Assembly (NCBI GenBank): GCA_010909165.1
Contig: MU008172.1
Span: 62,001-126,000, forward strand
DNA: 64,000 nucleotides
Direction of reading: 5' to 3'
From: Anthoceros angustus
Taxonomy: Eukaryota; Plantae; Anthocerotophyta
Positions 1-8,829 of this stretch are shown in pieces. The notes beneath the pieces were generated by a model. It did no database searches. It saw only the letters and a program-made list of their open reading frames with translations, and had not been told where the DNA came from. A program made the translations under genes and the position numbers. Each line of letters begins with the position of its first letter. The stretch's first letter is position 1.

Positions 1-199
1 GATGTCCCTTTCGCCAGAGGCAAAGTGGCATCAAGAAGGTAATGTAGGGTAAGGCCGTCTAATACACGTGTGAAGACACGAGAAGAAATGTATTCCGCAC
101 TTCCCCCTAACAGCCGGTGCTCCCTCTCAAAACGAGACATTTGGGCAAGATCCCTTCAGGATCCAACCAAGCCAAGCCAAGATCCCTTCTGCGCAAGCT

Positions 200-332
200 G
201 TGCCGGTCCAGAAGCAAGAGTAGAACCGCCTGGTACCGGTCCTGCCAAACTCGAAGCAGCATCGTTGCTGCCCCACCCGCAGATGTGTTTGCAGATGTAA
301 GGGTTCCATCGCCCTGGTCTGATGAGCAGTAG
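200..332 (+). pseudogene. Duplicated fragment of exon 1 plus intron start of the unknown-protein gene at 26853-27771
   Basis: ccagaagcaagagtagaaccgcc...gcatcgttgctgcc...tgtgtttgcagat|gtaagggttccatcgccctggtctga aligns to the reverse complement of about 27556-27680, including the gtaag donor. Confidence 0.75.
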
Positions 333-454
333 AGAAAGAGCAGTCGATGCCATCGTGCAATTAAGACGATATCAAAAAGGAATTGGACGGGATACTATAG
401 CATAGGTTTCATCATCAATCGGGGATGCTCTCGTATGAGTGACGGCCGTACACT

Positions 455-543
455 CTACTGCTGCTGCTTCTGGAGTAGCATCACTTTCTTCTGGTTGTTA
501 CCGAACGTCTGCTGCAGCACATGGGACGACAAGCCAGATGCCG
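455..543 (-). pseudogene. 3' fragment of a germin-like gene
   Basis: Minus strand encodes GLSSHVLQQTFGNNQKKVMLLQKQQQ*, matching GLSSHVLQQTFGINQNQVKILRNHQQ* at 30905-30990. Confidence 0.75.
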
Positions 544-1116
544 TGTATGAAACCAGTCTCCGGGTGGGTGCCGGCAGGGCGCTGGTTTTGGGTTTCTAGA
601 TGCATCCTCGCTTTCTTATGCACGACCTTGTTTAATCAGTACATCCGCAGCTCACAGGCCAGGGAGCGTACGTTTGAACATCAGCAAACACCCTTTCGAC
701 AGTTCGAATCAGCAACTTCATTGTCGTTTTACTATTCACACTTGTCATTCTCGGATGTCATTTCCACCCGGGGTGCTTGACTTCCTAATCCTAATCCGAA
801 GTATGGACAGAATGAATGAATGCTTGCTAACCCTGCACTATTCTAGAGCACAACCATCTCCTGAGGATTCACTGGAGGTCCCTGCAGGTGCTGGTGATCA
901 GCAGAACTGCCCTATCAAGCGCTCTTCATGCTTCACATTTTCTTCAACAGCAGTGAGAAAATGTTGCAGTGAGGATCGTTCGACCGTTCAGTTTATCTGC
1001 CCATGCATCTGAACGATTCTTCCGTGTCCTTGTGAAGGGCCGGTTGGGTTGCCCTGCGCACACAATCTCCTACTTTACACACAAAAACGGCAGCCAACAG
1101 TCTGGAAGGGGAGCGC

Positions 1117-1746
1117 TCACTGCTGGATGCGGCGCTTGGCGTCCTCGGCGGTGTTTTGCGCGTTCTTGGACAGGTCGTCCAGGTTGGACTTGACAGTGGA
1201 GCCGGCCTGGGCCGCCTTGTTCTGCGCCTCCTGGCCCGCGCCGGTGATGCTGTCCTTGGCCTGGTCCAGCCCGCCCTTCACCTGGTCCTTGAGGCCCTCG
1301 GCCTGATTGCCCAGCCCGGACGCGTTGCCCTGCGCCTGAGACTTCAAGCCCTCGGCGTGGCTCTGGCCCTGAGACAGCGCGTCGTCAGTGCGGGAGCGCA
1401 GCTCATGCCCCGCGCCCTGCGCCTGCTCCTTGGCCTCGCCCGAGTTGCCTTGCACGAAATCGCTCGCCTGCTGCGCCGCTCCCTTCACCTTGTTGCTCAC
1501 GTTTCCGGCCGCTTCCTGCGCCTTGTCGAGAATGCCGCTGGGATCGTCCTCGCAGCGCACCAGCACGGTCGGCGCCCGGCGGGCGGCCGGGGCAGCCGCC
1601 CGGTGCCGCAGCCGCAGCCGCAGCCCCGCCAGGCTCGCGCTCGAGCTCTGCAGCCGCGCGCTACCGCTCACGGCGGGCGACCGCACCGACAAGGCGGACG
1701 GGGCGGCGACCGCGGACGCCATAACTGCCACGCTTGTAGCGGCCAT
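1117..1746 (-). CDS. Late embryogenesis abundant (group 3/LEA_4-like) protein with probable plastid transit peptide, intronless, 209 aa
   Basis: ATG at 1746 (MAATSVAVMAS...). Ser/Ala/Arg-rich N-terminus ending in VRC, followed by hydrophilic A/Q/K/E/G repeats (LDKAQEAAGNV, LGNQAEGLKDQV, AQNKAAQAG). Confidence 0.8.
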   Translation of the reverse strand: MAATSVAVMASAVAAPSALSVRSPAVSGSARLQSSSASLAGLRLRLRHRAAAPAARRAPTVLVRCEDDPSGILDKAQEAAGNVSNKVKGAAQQASDFVQGNSGEAKEQAQGAGHELRSRTDDALSQGQSHAEGLKSQAQGNASGLGNQAEGLKDQVKGGLDQAKDSITGAGQEAQNKAAQAGSTVKSNLDDLSKNAQNTAEDAKRRIQQ

Positions 1747-1972
1747 TGCCGGAAGTGAAGAAGAAATGTGCGAGACGGGATGCCTTGTCGCGAGGATGAT
1801 TGCAGTGGGTCGTGAAGCGGAAGCTGAAAGAGACAGGAGAGCAGGTTCGGGTCGTGAAGAGTGAAGAAACTTGAGTGCCTGGACTGCCGCGGGAACGGCT
1901 TTTCTACTGCGCCGAGAGCAGATAACGGGGCGGGAGTGAAAAGCCAAGTCTGGGGGTGACAAGTGCCATGTT

Positions 1973-2032
1973 GCCGTGGCGGGCTCTCATTGCCCCTCGT
2001 GTCTCCTTCCCTCCCTGCCCTCCATGCATGCA
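1973..2032. promoter_or_regulatory. RY element (CATGCATGCA, 2023-2032) plus ABRE/CE3-like CGTGGC and CGTGTC motifs upstream of the LEA gene
   Basis: Motifs seen about 230-290 nt upstream of the LEA ATG. RY plus ABRE is the known ABI3/bZIP module of LEA promoters, but these ABRE-like motifs lack the ACGT core. Confidence 0.4.
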
Positions 2033-2243
2033 CCTGCCGCTCGCCTGCCCTCCTGCCCTCTCGGGCTTGCCTCGGACAGCACTCTGCCTTTCATTTGTGC
2101 GGTGTTCAATCCAAGGCGGACACGCAGCACGCCGGCCAGACATCGCGGCCTTCGGCGGCAGGGCGTGTGATCGGGCACTCGTTTTGCTTAATTCATTTGT
2201 AGGCTTTCGGTGTTTCGGTTAACCTACACGACGGCCTCTTTGC

Positions 2244-2380
2244 TTACAACAACGTTGAGCCTGGCTTCAACTCCATCACGATGAGCGGGCCCTCGTCTCG
2301 CCAAGCTTTGTGGCAGTTCTTCAGGGTGAGGGTGAACGTCTCATCATCCCAGTCGTGCAGAATCCACCGTGTCGTTGTCG
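2244..2380 (-). pseudogene. Fragment of a COMT-type SAM-dependent O-methyltransferase
   Basis: RWILHDWDDETFTLTLKNCHKAWRDEGPLIVME matches the Methyltransf_2 motif KWILHDWxDxxxxxILKNCxxALxxxGxVIVVE. No N-terminal part is present. Confidence 0.7.
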
Positions 2381-2886
2381 GGATATTATGCAAATTGAAT
2401 GGCAAGCCTGTGAAAGGCAGTGAGGAGAGTACAAGCAAGGGGCCGGGCTGGCTCCATCTCATTAAATTCCAAACCAAAGAGCTCACCAGCGAGCTGTCTC
2501 CAACCCCACTCGCGACTCCTGCTGTCAGGATACTCCAGACTACAGCCTCTTGTCCTTTTGCTATCCACACTAATGAGCGTTTGGTCAGAAGCAATGAGGT
2601 CTTTCGACATTCACTAGTACCGCAGAAACACTGAAGCTGCGACGGAGCCATGTCAACTTACAAGCAAACACAACCGCTGCCCAGTCCAGGCGTCGACACC
2701 TGTGCCAACAAGATGGGAGCGCATGTTCCTTCACGTACGATTTGCTGGACTAGCAATCGGTTCTTGAACAATTGCTGCAAGGAGGGCTGCTGGATGGTAG
2801 CGATTCATCACTGCATGAGCATGGGGATGGTCTGCATGCTGTCCAAATGGCTTAGGCCAAATGGACACACATTCATACGAACGTCG

Positions 2887-3060
2887 TGATTAAGCATCCT
2901 GCGCTCTTAGATCGATACTTAGATGGGGTGCCTAAAGGGAGTGCATGCCTTGGTGCAAGTAGCTTAGCCACACCATGGTACAAGTTTTGAAGTACAAGTC
3001 CCATGACGGAAATCCGTCCTTAGTGGACTTAAATAAAATTCTTTTTTTTCTTCTTCTTCT
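2887..3060 (+). mobile_element. SINE-like interspersed repeat of about 170 bp (copy 1) ending in AATAAA plus a (TTC)n tail
   Basis: Its reverse complement recurs at 6034-6225 and 6241-6410 with the same 5' start (TGATYAAGCA) and the same tail ccgtccttagtggacttaaataaaattcttcttc. Confidence 0.65.
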
Positions 3061-3140
3061 GTTGTATTAGTTGATTGGTATACAAGATCGACACTGACTT
3101 GCTGGATGAGCGCAAGCTTGAGAGCAGCAGCTATGCCAGA

Positions 3141-3659
3141 GGGGATCAGCAAGAGAGCAGCTATGGCAGAGGCTACTAAGTTGTGGATTTGCGTATCCAA
3201 GGCCGAGAGCCGAGAATGGCCTGCTGTGCTGCCTGGCATGTTGTGGATTTGCACATCGAAGGCCGAGAATGGCCGCGGTGTCACCGACGATGTAAAAATT
3301 TAGTTCAACTCATTTTTGTGGCAGTGTGCACGTATGTGCTAAGTCGTCGCCGGGGTTTCGAACCCAAGCCTCTGCGGTGGGCTATGAACAGCCTGGCTGT
3401 CTACACCACAACGGCGTCGGGGTTTGTGACCCACACATGAACATAGATATCAACAGCACTAATTCTGTGGCTATGCGATGATGTCAACATCAAGTCTCAG
3501 AATGAATATAGAAATCAATAGCACTAATTCTGTGGCATGATGTTGACTAGGGATTGTTAATTGTTGTCACCTCACGGACAATTTTACACAATTTGCAACC
3601 TGGGGATTTACAAGCAGCACAGCAGGAGCCTCTGCCATAGCTGCTCTCTTGCTGATCCC
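3141..3659. repeat. Inverted repeat pair of about 33 bp (3142-3174 and 3627-3659), possibly TIRs of a non-autonomous element
   Basis: gggatcagcaagagagcagctatggcagaggct is the exact reverse complement of agcctctgccatagctgctctcttgctgatccc. Confidence 0.6.
3343..3415 (-). pseudogene. Degenerate tRNA-like sequence (Asp/Glu-type) or SINE head
   Basis: Minus strand reads GCCGTTGTGGTGTAG...GGGTTCGAAACCCCGGCGACGAC: B box GGTTCGAAACC, imperfect acceptor stem, no clean anticodon arm. Confidence 0.5.
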
Positions 3660-5726
3660 GCTGATACAAACTACTCTCTCATGTCACCACCGCTGATACA
3701 ACTTACTCTCGTGTGCAACCTGGGGATTCAAAAAGTTGCCAAGCAGCACAGCAGGAGCCTCTGCCACAGCGACAAATGTTAGCAATTGAAACGCAGACCT
3801 GACAGAGATAAAGAGACCTGACAAGTGATCATATTACCCCAACTCGTTTTGGCAAATTTGCGCGGCTTTTGTTTATCAAGTGATATCATCGAATGAAGCC
3901 ACAAGGAATTCTTCACATGATTATACCTGCTGGATAATATCTCCGCTCAGGAGCAAGAACCCGGTTGCACAGGAGCCATGTGTTGTGCACAGTGCAACAG
4001 CCGTCAGGGCCCGAACCGCTGCCTTTGCAAACTGATGAGCGGCGTGCCACCTTCACCAGCTTCTCAACTCTTCCTATTCAGAACCTGTGCTTGGGCAACT
4101 TGCTTCTAATGCTCTTATTCGTTGTTGGAGGTTGCAGGACTTTCTACTGCATATAGTCGCTAGAGCATTTTTTTGTGTCTCATCACAAGTCTTGCACAGC
4201 TGTGAAGGAGAGCATCATCCTTTCTGATCAGAAGTGAGGGCGACAGGAGCGGTTGATCGAGCGTTGGCGGATTACTGTGACTTGACCAGCCATTTGGTGG
4301 CTTCCCAGGTACTGTGCCGCACCCAGGAGCTCTCCCATGGATGCTCGCTGCTCCATCAGAGCCCTTCAATTGGTGGGTGCCCAAACCAGCCCTCTGCACG
4401 GCAGCAGGCAGCCGGGCAGCTTCTTAGGCCTACATCACTGCACTGCTCCAGTTCCGCCTTCCACTGGCCTGCCTGCTAGGGCTTACATATATTATTCCCT
4501 GGGAGCAGTGTGTTTTTCTCGAATCCCATGTCGTTCCCTCCTGTCCGATATCGTCACCGGCGAGCACGAGGTGCATAATGTACGTCGGCGTAGATGATCA
4601 ATCTCAGAGCCAGGAGCCAAGATTCGCCGTCAGCAGACCTTGGGCTCCGGCAAGTGATATGTTCCCCGTGCGTTTTCCTCATAGGCTCGTACGAGGCTGA
4701 CGAGGTCAAGGATGGCTAGATGCCTGCGCCTCGTTCTCTTTATCCGGTTGGACGCCGCTGCTCACAGCGGCAGCTTTCGCCACTTCCGCCAGCTTCCGCC
4801 AGCTTCCGCCAGCTTCCGTTTGCCTTTGTGCTCATCCAAACTCCAATGCTTGCTCAGCTCCCTCTGGTCGGCATCCACTGGAGCGGACCTGGCTGTCACC
4901 ACACAGGACTCGCGAGATCGTGAGACATAGCAGCTGCCGTGTTTCAGAGTGTAGGGAAGTTTCACAGCGAGCGCCAGCGGACTGGTAGCTGTATGACTTT
5001 GGGCGCCGCAATTTCCGCAGCGCGCGAACAAGGTTTCTGCGCCACCCCCACCCGATCTGGTGTGCTTCTGCTTGGAGGAGTGCAGGGACCCGTGCTGATG
5101 TAGCTTCTGCTCCAATCCTGCAGGTGATGGCTCGCAACGTGAGTTGTGGGTGCCTCCTGTGCCAAGGGCTCCTCTGGGTCGCTGCGTATGCCGTAGTAGC
5201 ACTCATCACAGCCTTCCTCGCTATGTATCTTAGCTAAAGGGGCTGGCTTTGGAGGTGAATCAACTTGAAGTTCCCACCGTCCTGGTGTGCAACAATGGTC
5301 TTCAGTTGGGAACAGAATGGCATCCAGCTGGCTGGTCGGGACAGCCTGAGTGCAGCTGGAAAAGAACAGCATCAAAGGCTTTGCTCTACAGAGTCTTTAC
5401 TTTCAACCAGAATTGCAACATAGGGTGTGTGAGCAATGGGCTTGCCTGCCGCATGGGTCTCTAGGTCAATTGCTGTGCTGGCCCACTGAACTGTGATCAG
5501 TCTTGAGTGCGGACGCCCAATTCTGTTGCTCGAGCCCCGAGGGATACTTCACATCGTCAAGGATGGGTCCAATTCTGTCGCCTGACGAGAAACTCATACC
5601 TCCTCCGTTTGAATGTGTGAGCTAACATCGTGAAGGATGGGGAAAATTGTGTCGCCGGAAGAGAACCTAATACCTCGTCCGACAACCGTGTGTCGCCGGA
5701 AGAAGTCCGACAACCGTGTGTCGCCG

Positions 5727-5868
5727 GAAGAAGAACAAGAATTTTAATGAAGTCCACTAAGGACGGATAAAACCTAGTCAAAGTCCACTAAGGACGGATA
5801 AAACCTAGTCAAAGGTAAACTCAGGACCTCCCGCTTACTAAACGGGTGCTCTAGCCAACTGAGCTATC
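5727..5868 (-). mobile_element. Chimera: partial tRNA-Thr copy fused to a duplicated 3' tail of the SINE-like repeat
   Basis: 5818-5868 is identical to about nt 6-56 of the adjacent tRNA. It is followed by two copies of tttgactaggttttatccgtccttagtggac and then attaaaattcttgttcttcttc. Confidence 0.65.
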
Positions 5869-5872
5869 GAAG

Positions 5873-5946
5873 TGCTCTAACTGAGAGTTGAACTCAGGAC
5901 CTCCCGCTTACTAAACGGGTGCTCTAGCCAACTGAGCTATCAGAGC
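5873..5946 (-). tRNA. tRNA-Thr(AGT)
   Basis: GCTCTGATAGCTCAGTTGGCTAGAGCACCCGTTTAGTAAGCGGGAGGTCCTGAGTTCAACTCTCAGTTAGAGCA: 74 nt, full cloverleaf, AGT anticodon, A and B boxes; close to plant nuclear tRNA-Thr(AGT). Confidence 0.92.
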
Positions 5947-6033
5947 GGATGAGAGCGCAGTTGTGTGTTATGCTATAATTCAAAATTCTTAACCTCAAAC
6001 GGCCCGATTTTTTTTCCCTAGCGGAACTACAGT

Positions 6034-6225
6034 GAAGAAGAAAAAAAATAATTTTAATTTAAGTCCAGGACGGATTTCCGTCATGGGACTTGGTACTTAA
6101 CAACTTGTACCATGGTACTTAACAACTTGTACCATGGTGTGTCTAAGCTACTTGCACCAAGGGCATCCACTCCCTTTAGGCACCCCATCTAAGTACCGAT
6201 CCAAGCTCAGGATGCTGCTTAATCA
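6034..6225 (-). mobile_element. SINE-like repeat copy 2 (with an internal duplication of about 22 bp)
   Basis: Reverse complement of 2887-3060. Confidence 0.65.
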
Positions 6226-6240
6226 GTGGAAGGGGAGGTA

Positions 6241-6410
6241 GAAAAAGAAGAAGAATTTTATTTAAGTTCACTAAGGACGGGTTTCTGTCATCATGGGACT
6301 TGGTACTTTAACAACTTGTACCATGGTGTGCCTAAGCTACTTGCACCAAGGGTATCCACTCCCTGTAGACACCCATGTAAGTACCGATCCAAGCTCAGGA
6401 TGCTTGATCA
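6241..6410 (-). mobile_element. SINE-like repeat copy 3, head-to-tail with copy 2
   Basis: Reverse complement of 2887-3060. Confidence 0.65.
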
Positions 6411-7259
6411 CGGCGTAACCAGCTGCAGAAGTCTTATGTCACACACGCGAATACAACTAGGAATAGGTATCAAAAAGTTATGAAAATAGGCACACAAAAC
6501 TGCGTTCAAATAAGGGCAGCAGGACGGAGCAGACTGGTTATGTACGTATACTGTTAGGGAAAGGAGTCCCGAGACTAAGGCGATGGATGCGAGGCCCACC
6601 ATAAAACGGCTGCCCCAGGCCCTATCCGGTATGTGATTCAGTGAGAGTTATGACATAGGGATGTAGCTCAACTGATAATGCAGCTGTGGCTCGAGGAAAC
6701 TCGGGTAAGCACGAGCACGGGCCCCCCGTAGGGGGGTGGCCTGCCTAAGAAGGGTCTTGCGGTGGTTGGTAGCGTGGCAAGCAATGAAAAAAAATGCTGG
6801 GCTGTACTTACCGATGCCTGAGGACATCAGTCTCAAAGAGTTCCCGACATCACAGAAGGTTAGCACATCAAAGCCAATGCGTCAGTCACATCCCACTGCG
6901 TCAGGCATAGTCGATTCCCAGCAAAACTCCCGTGAGCAGGGTCTTACACAAGAGAAGGGACTGCCACCCAACCACCAAGGTCCTGGATTGTCCAGAGACC
7001 CTCTGTCTATCCTGCGTATCCCTAGATACTAATTTACATCCGATTCTCCCCAGCACGATTTGGGACTGACCAGCGCCATCAACGCTGACCAGGGAGGCCG
7101 CAGATCAAACCCTAATCACCACCCCGCGACTCCAGCCATCCAGGGTATCCATTTAATGCCTTCACCTGCCCACCAGCATGGCAAACAGAAGCACAGCGGA
7201 GCCCGGAGAGCTACACCAGCTCGGTACCTGGAGTCGGAAACTGTGTGGGCTCGAAAACC

Positions 7260-7846
7260 CTAAACTCTCTCCAACTCTCCAGTCATGGAATCCATGTGCG
7301 TTTTCACCAGCCCCTGCCACCCCTGGATCAAAACCTGCTGCCTGTCAACAAGCTCCGACTTGGCCTTGAGCTCCGCTTCCAGGGCTGCAATTTCCTGGCA
7401 GCCACCACACCACACAATTAGGGTAGGGCAGGGCAGGGTAGCCAAGCCACGCCAAGCTGACCAACTTGGCTGAAACCACCACCACCATGCACACCTTGGT
7501 CAAAATCTCCTCCCGCGACGGCTGGTGCTGGTATTGCACGCGGATGAGCAGCAATTGCAGCTTCTTGGCCGTCTCCATAAACTCCCTGGCGTACTTCTCC
7601 ACATTCGCTGAAACTTGCAGCAGCATCGCAGTCAGGAAAGGCAAGGTAGGTGAGCAGAGCTCAGCGCACAGCACACGCAACCAGGATCAGCGCACACGTA
7701 CCCGGGTGCGAAAGCGTGTAACTGCGATCGGCCGCCTGGAGCTCCCTGGCCGGAAGACACGGCAGCAGGTTCCTGTCCAGTGCCGCCACCAAATTCAGCA
7801 TCTCGGCCTCGGACTCCGATTGCGATTGCGGTTGCGATTGCGCCAT
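7260..7846 (-). CDS. MED28: Mediator subunit 28; exons 7846-7702, 7607-7495, 7394-7260
   Basis: LLPCLPARELQAADRS / NVEKYAREFMETAKKLQL / EIAALEAELKAK...ELERV* match plant MED28. GT-AG introns keep the frame. An in-frame ATG near 7944 is an alternative start. Confidence 0.9.
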
Positions 7847-8042
7847 GCCGCCGGTGCTGCACCCTGGAAGCTGAACCCCATCCCGGGTCACTGTCTTGAG
7901 ACTCGAGTCAAGGTCGTATCCCCGCTCCTTTCTCTTCCCTGCCATTTCAGCACCAAACCCGGAAAAGGATATCCTTCTATATTCTGTACCACAGCAGGCC
8001 AAATGGACACACATTTAGAAGAACACCGTTGTTAAGCACCGA

Positions 8043-8232
8043 TGTTAAGCATATGCGCTTAGATAGGTACTTAAATGGGTGCGCTTAGATCGGTATGTAG
8101 ATGGGGGGCGCTTAGATCGGTACTTAGATGGAGTGCGCTTATAGATCGGTACTTAAGATAGGGTGCTTGGAGGGAGTAGATGCCTAAGCTGGTGCAAGTA
8201 GCTTAGGCACACTATGTTATACGTTGTTAAGT
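8043..8232 (+). repeat. Diverged member of the SINE-like family with about 4 tandem copies of a roughly 28-bp internal unit (gcgcttagatcggtacttagatgg)
   Basis: Shares ttagatcggtacttagatgggg...ggtgcaagtagcttaggcacac with 2887-3060. Confidence 0.6.
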
Positions 8233-8309
8233 AGTATGCCTAAACTTGTGCCTAGTTTAGGCACTTGGGCACACTGGTTTCCTAACTGTAAGACCTGAAG
8301 CGTGTAATA

Positions 8310-8658
8310 CCGTACCCCGAGGGGTGGTTCAACAGGAAAATGCCGAAATATTTATTTTTTGAAAAAAATAAAGTTGAACATAAATATTTATATTTTTTAA
8401 AATTTCAACATTTACAAAAAATAATTTTATCAAATTTCAATATTTATTAAAATACATGGGTATATATGTAAAACTAATGGATATGTATAGACCTCCCTTA
8501 AACAGGCCCTAATTTTCCATACAAACCTTAATTTCCTTGTTTTCTGTATCATAAACTCATAAATTTTACCTAATCAACATTTTAAGTATAATAATTTCTG
8601 GATTTTCAACTTTTACTAATTTTAATTAATTAATGCAGAATCACCCCTTGGGGTACGG
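8310..8658. mobile_element. MITE of Tc1/mariner type (TA target duplication)
   Basis: TA|CCGTACCCCGAGGGGTGGTTC ... GAATCACCCCTTGGGGTACGG|TA with an AT-rich interior. Confidence 0.75.
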
Positions 8659-8829
8659 TAAACTCTATTTCTTTCTCTTTCAAGTAGCTTTGGTTTACTA
8701 TGGTACAAAGACTTCTTCTACTCCTTGACACGTACAGACCTACGTATTACACTCCAACTCATCAACCCTGTAGGTGATAACATAATAAACTACCCCCTCA
8801 GGTACGGTGGCGCAAATTGGGAGCCCTGC

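Noticed and set aside
2990-3035. Hammerhead ribozyme or retrozyme in the 170-bp repeat
   Set aside because: A hairpin is present, but the CUGANGA and GAAA core boxes are not correctly arranged.
7100-7265. Telomerase RNA template (AAACCCTAA motifs)
   Set aside because: Isolated telo-box matches at the 3' end of MED28, with no USE/TATA Pol III promoter seen.
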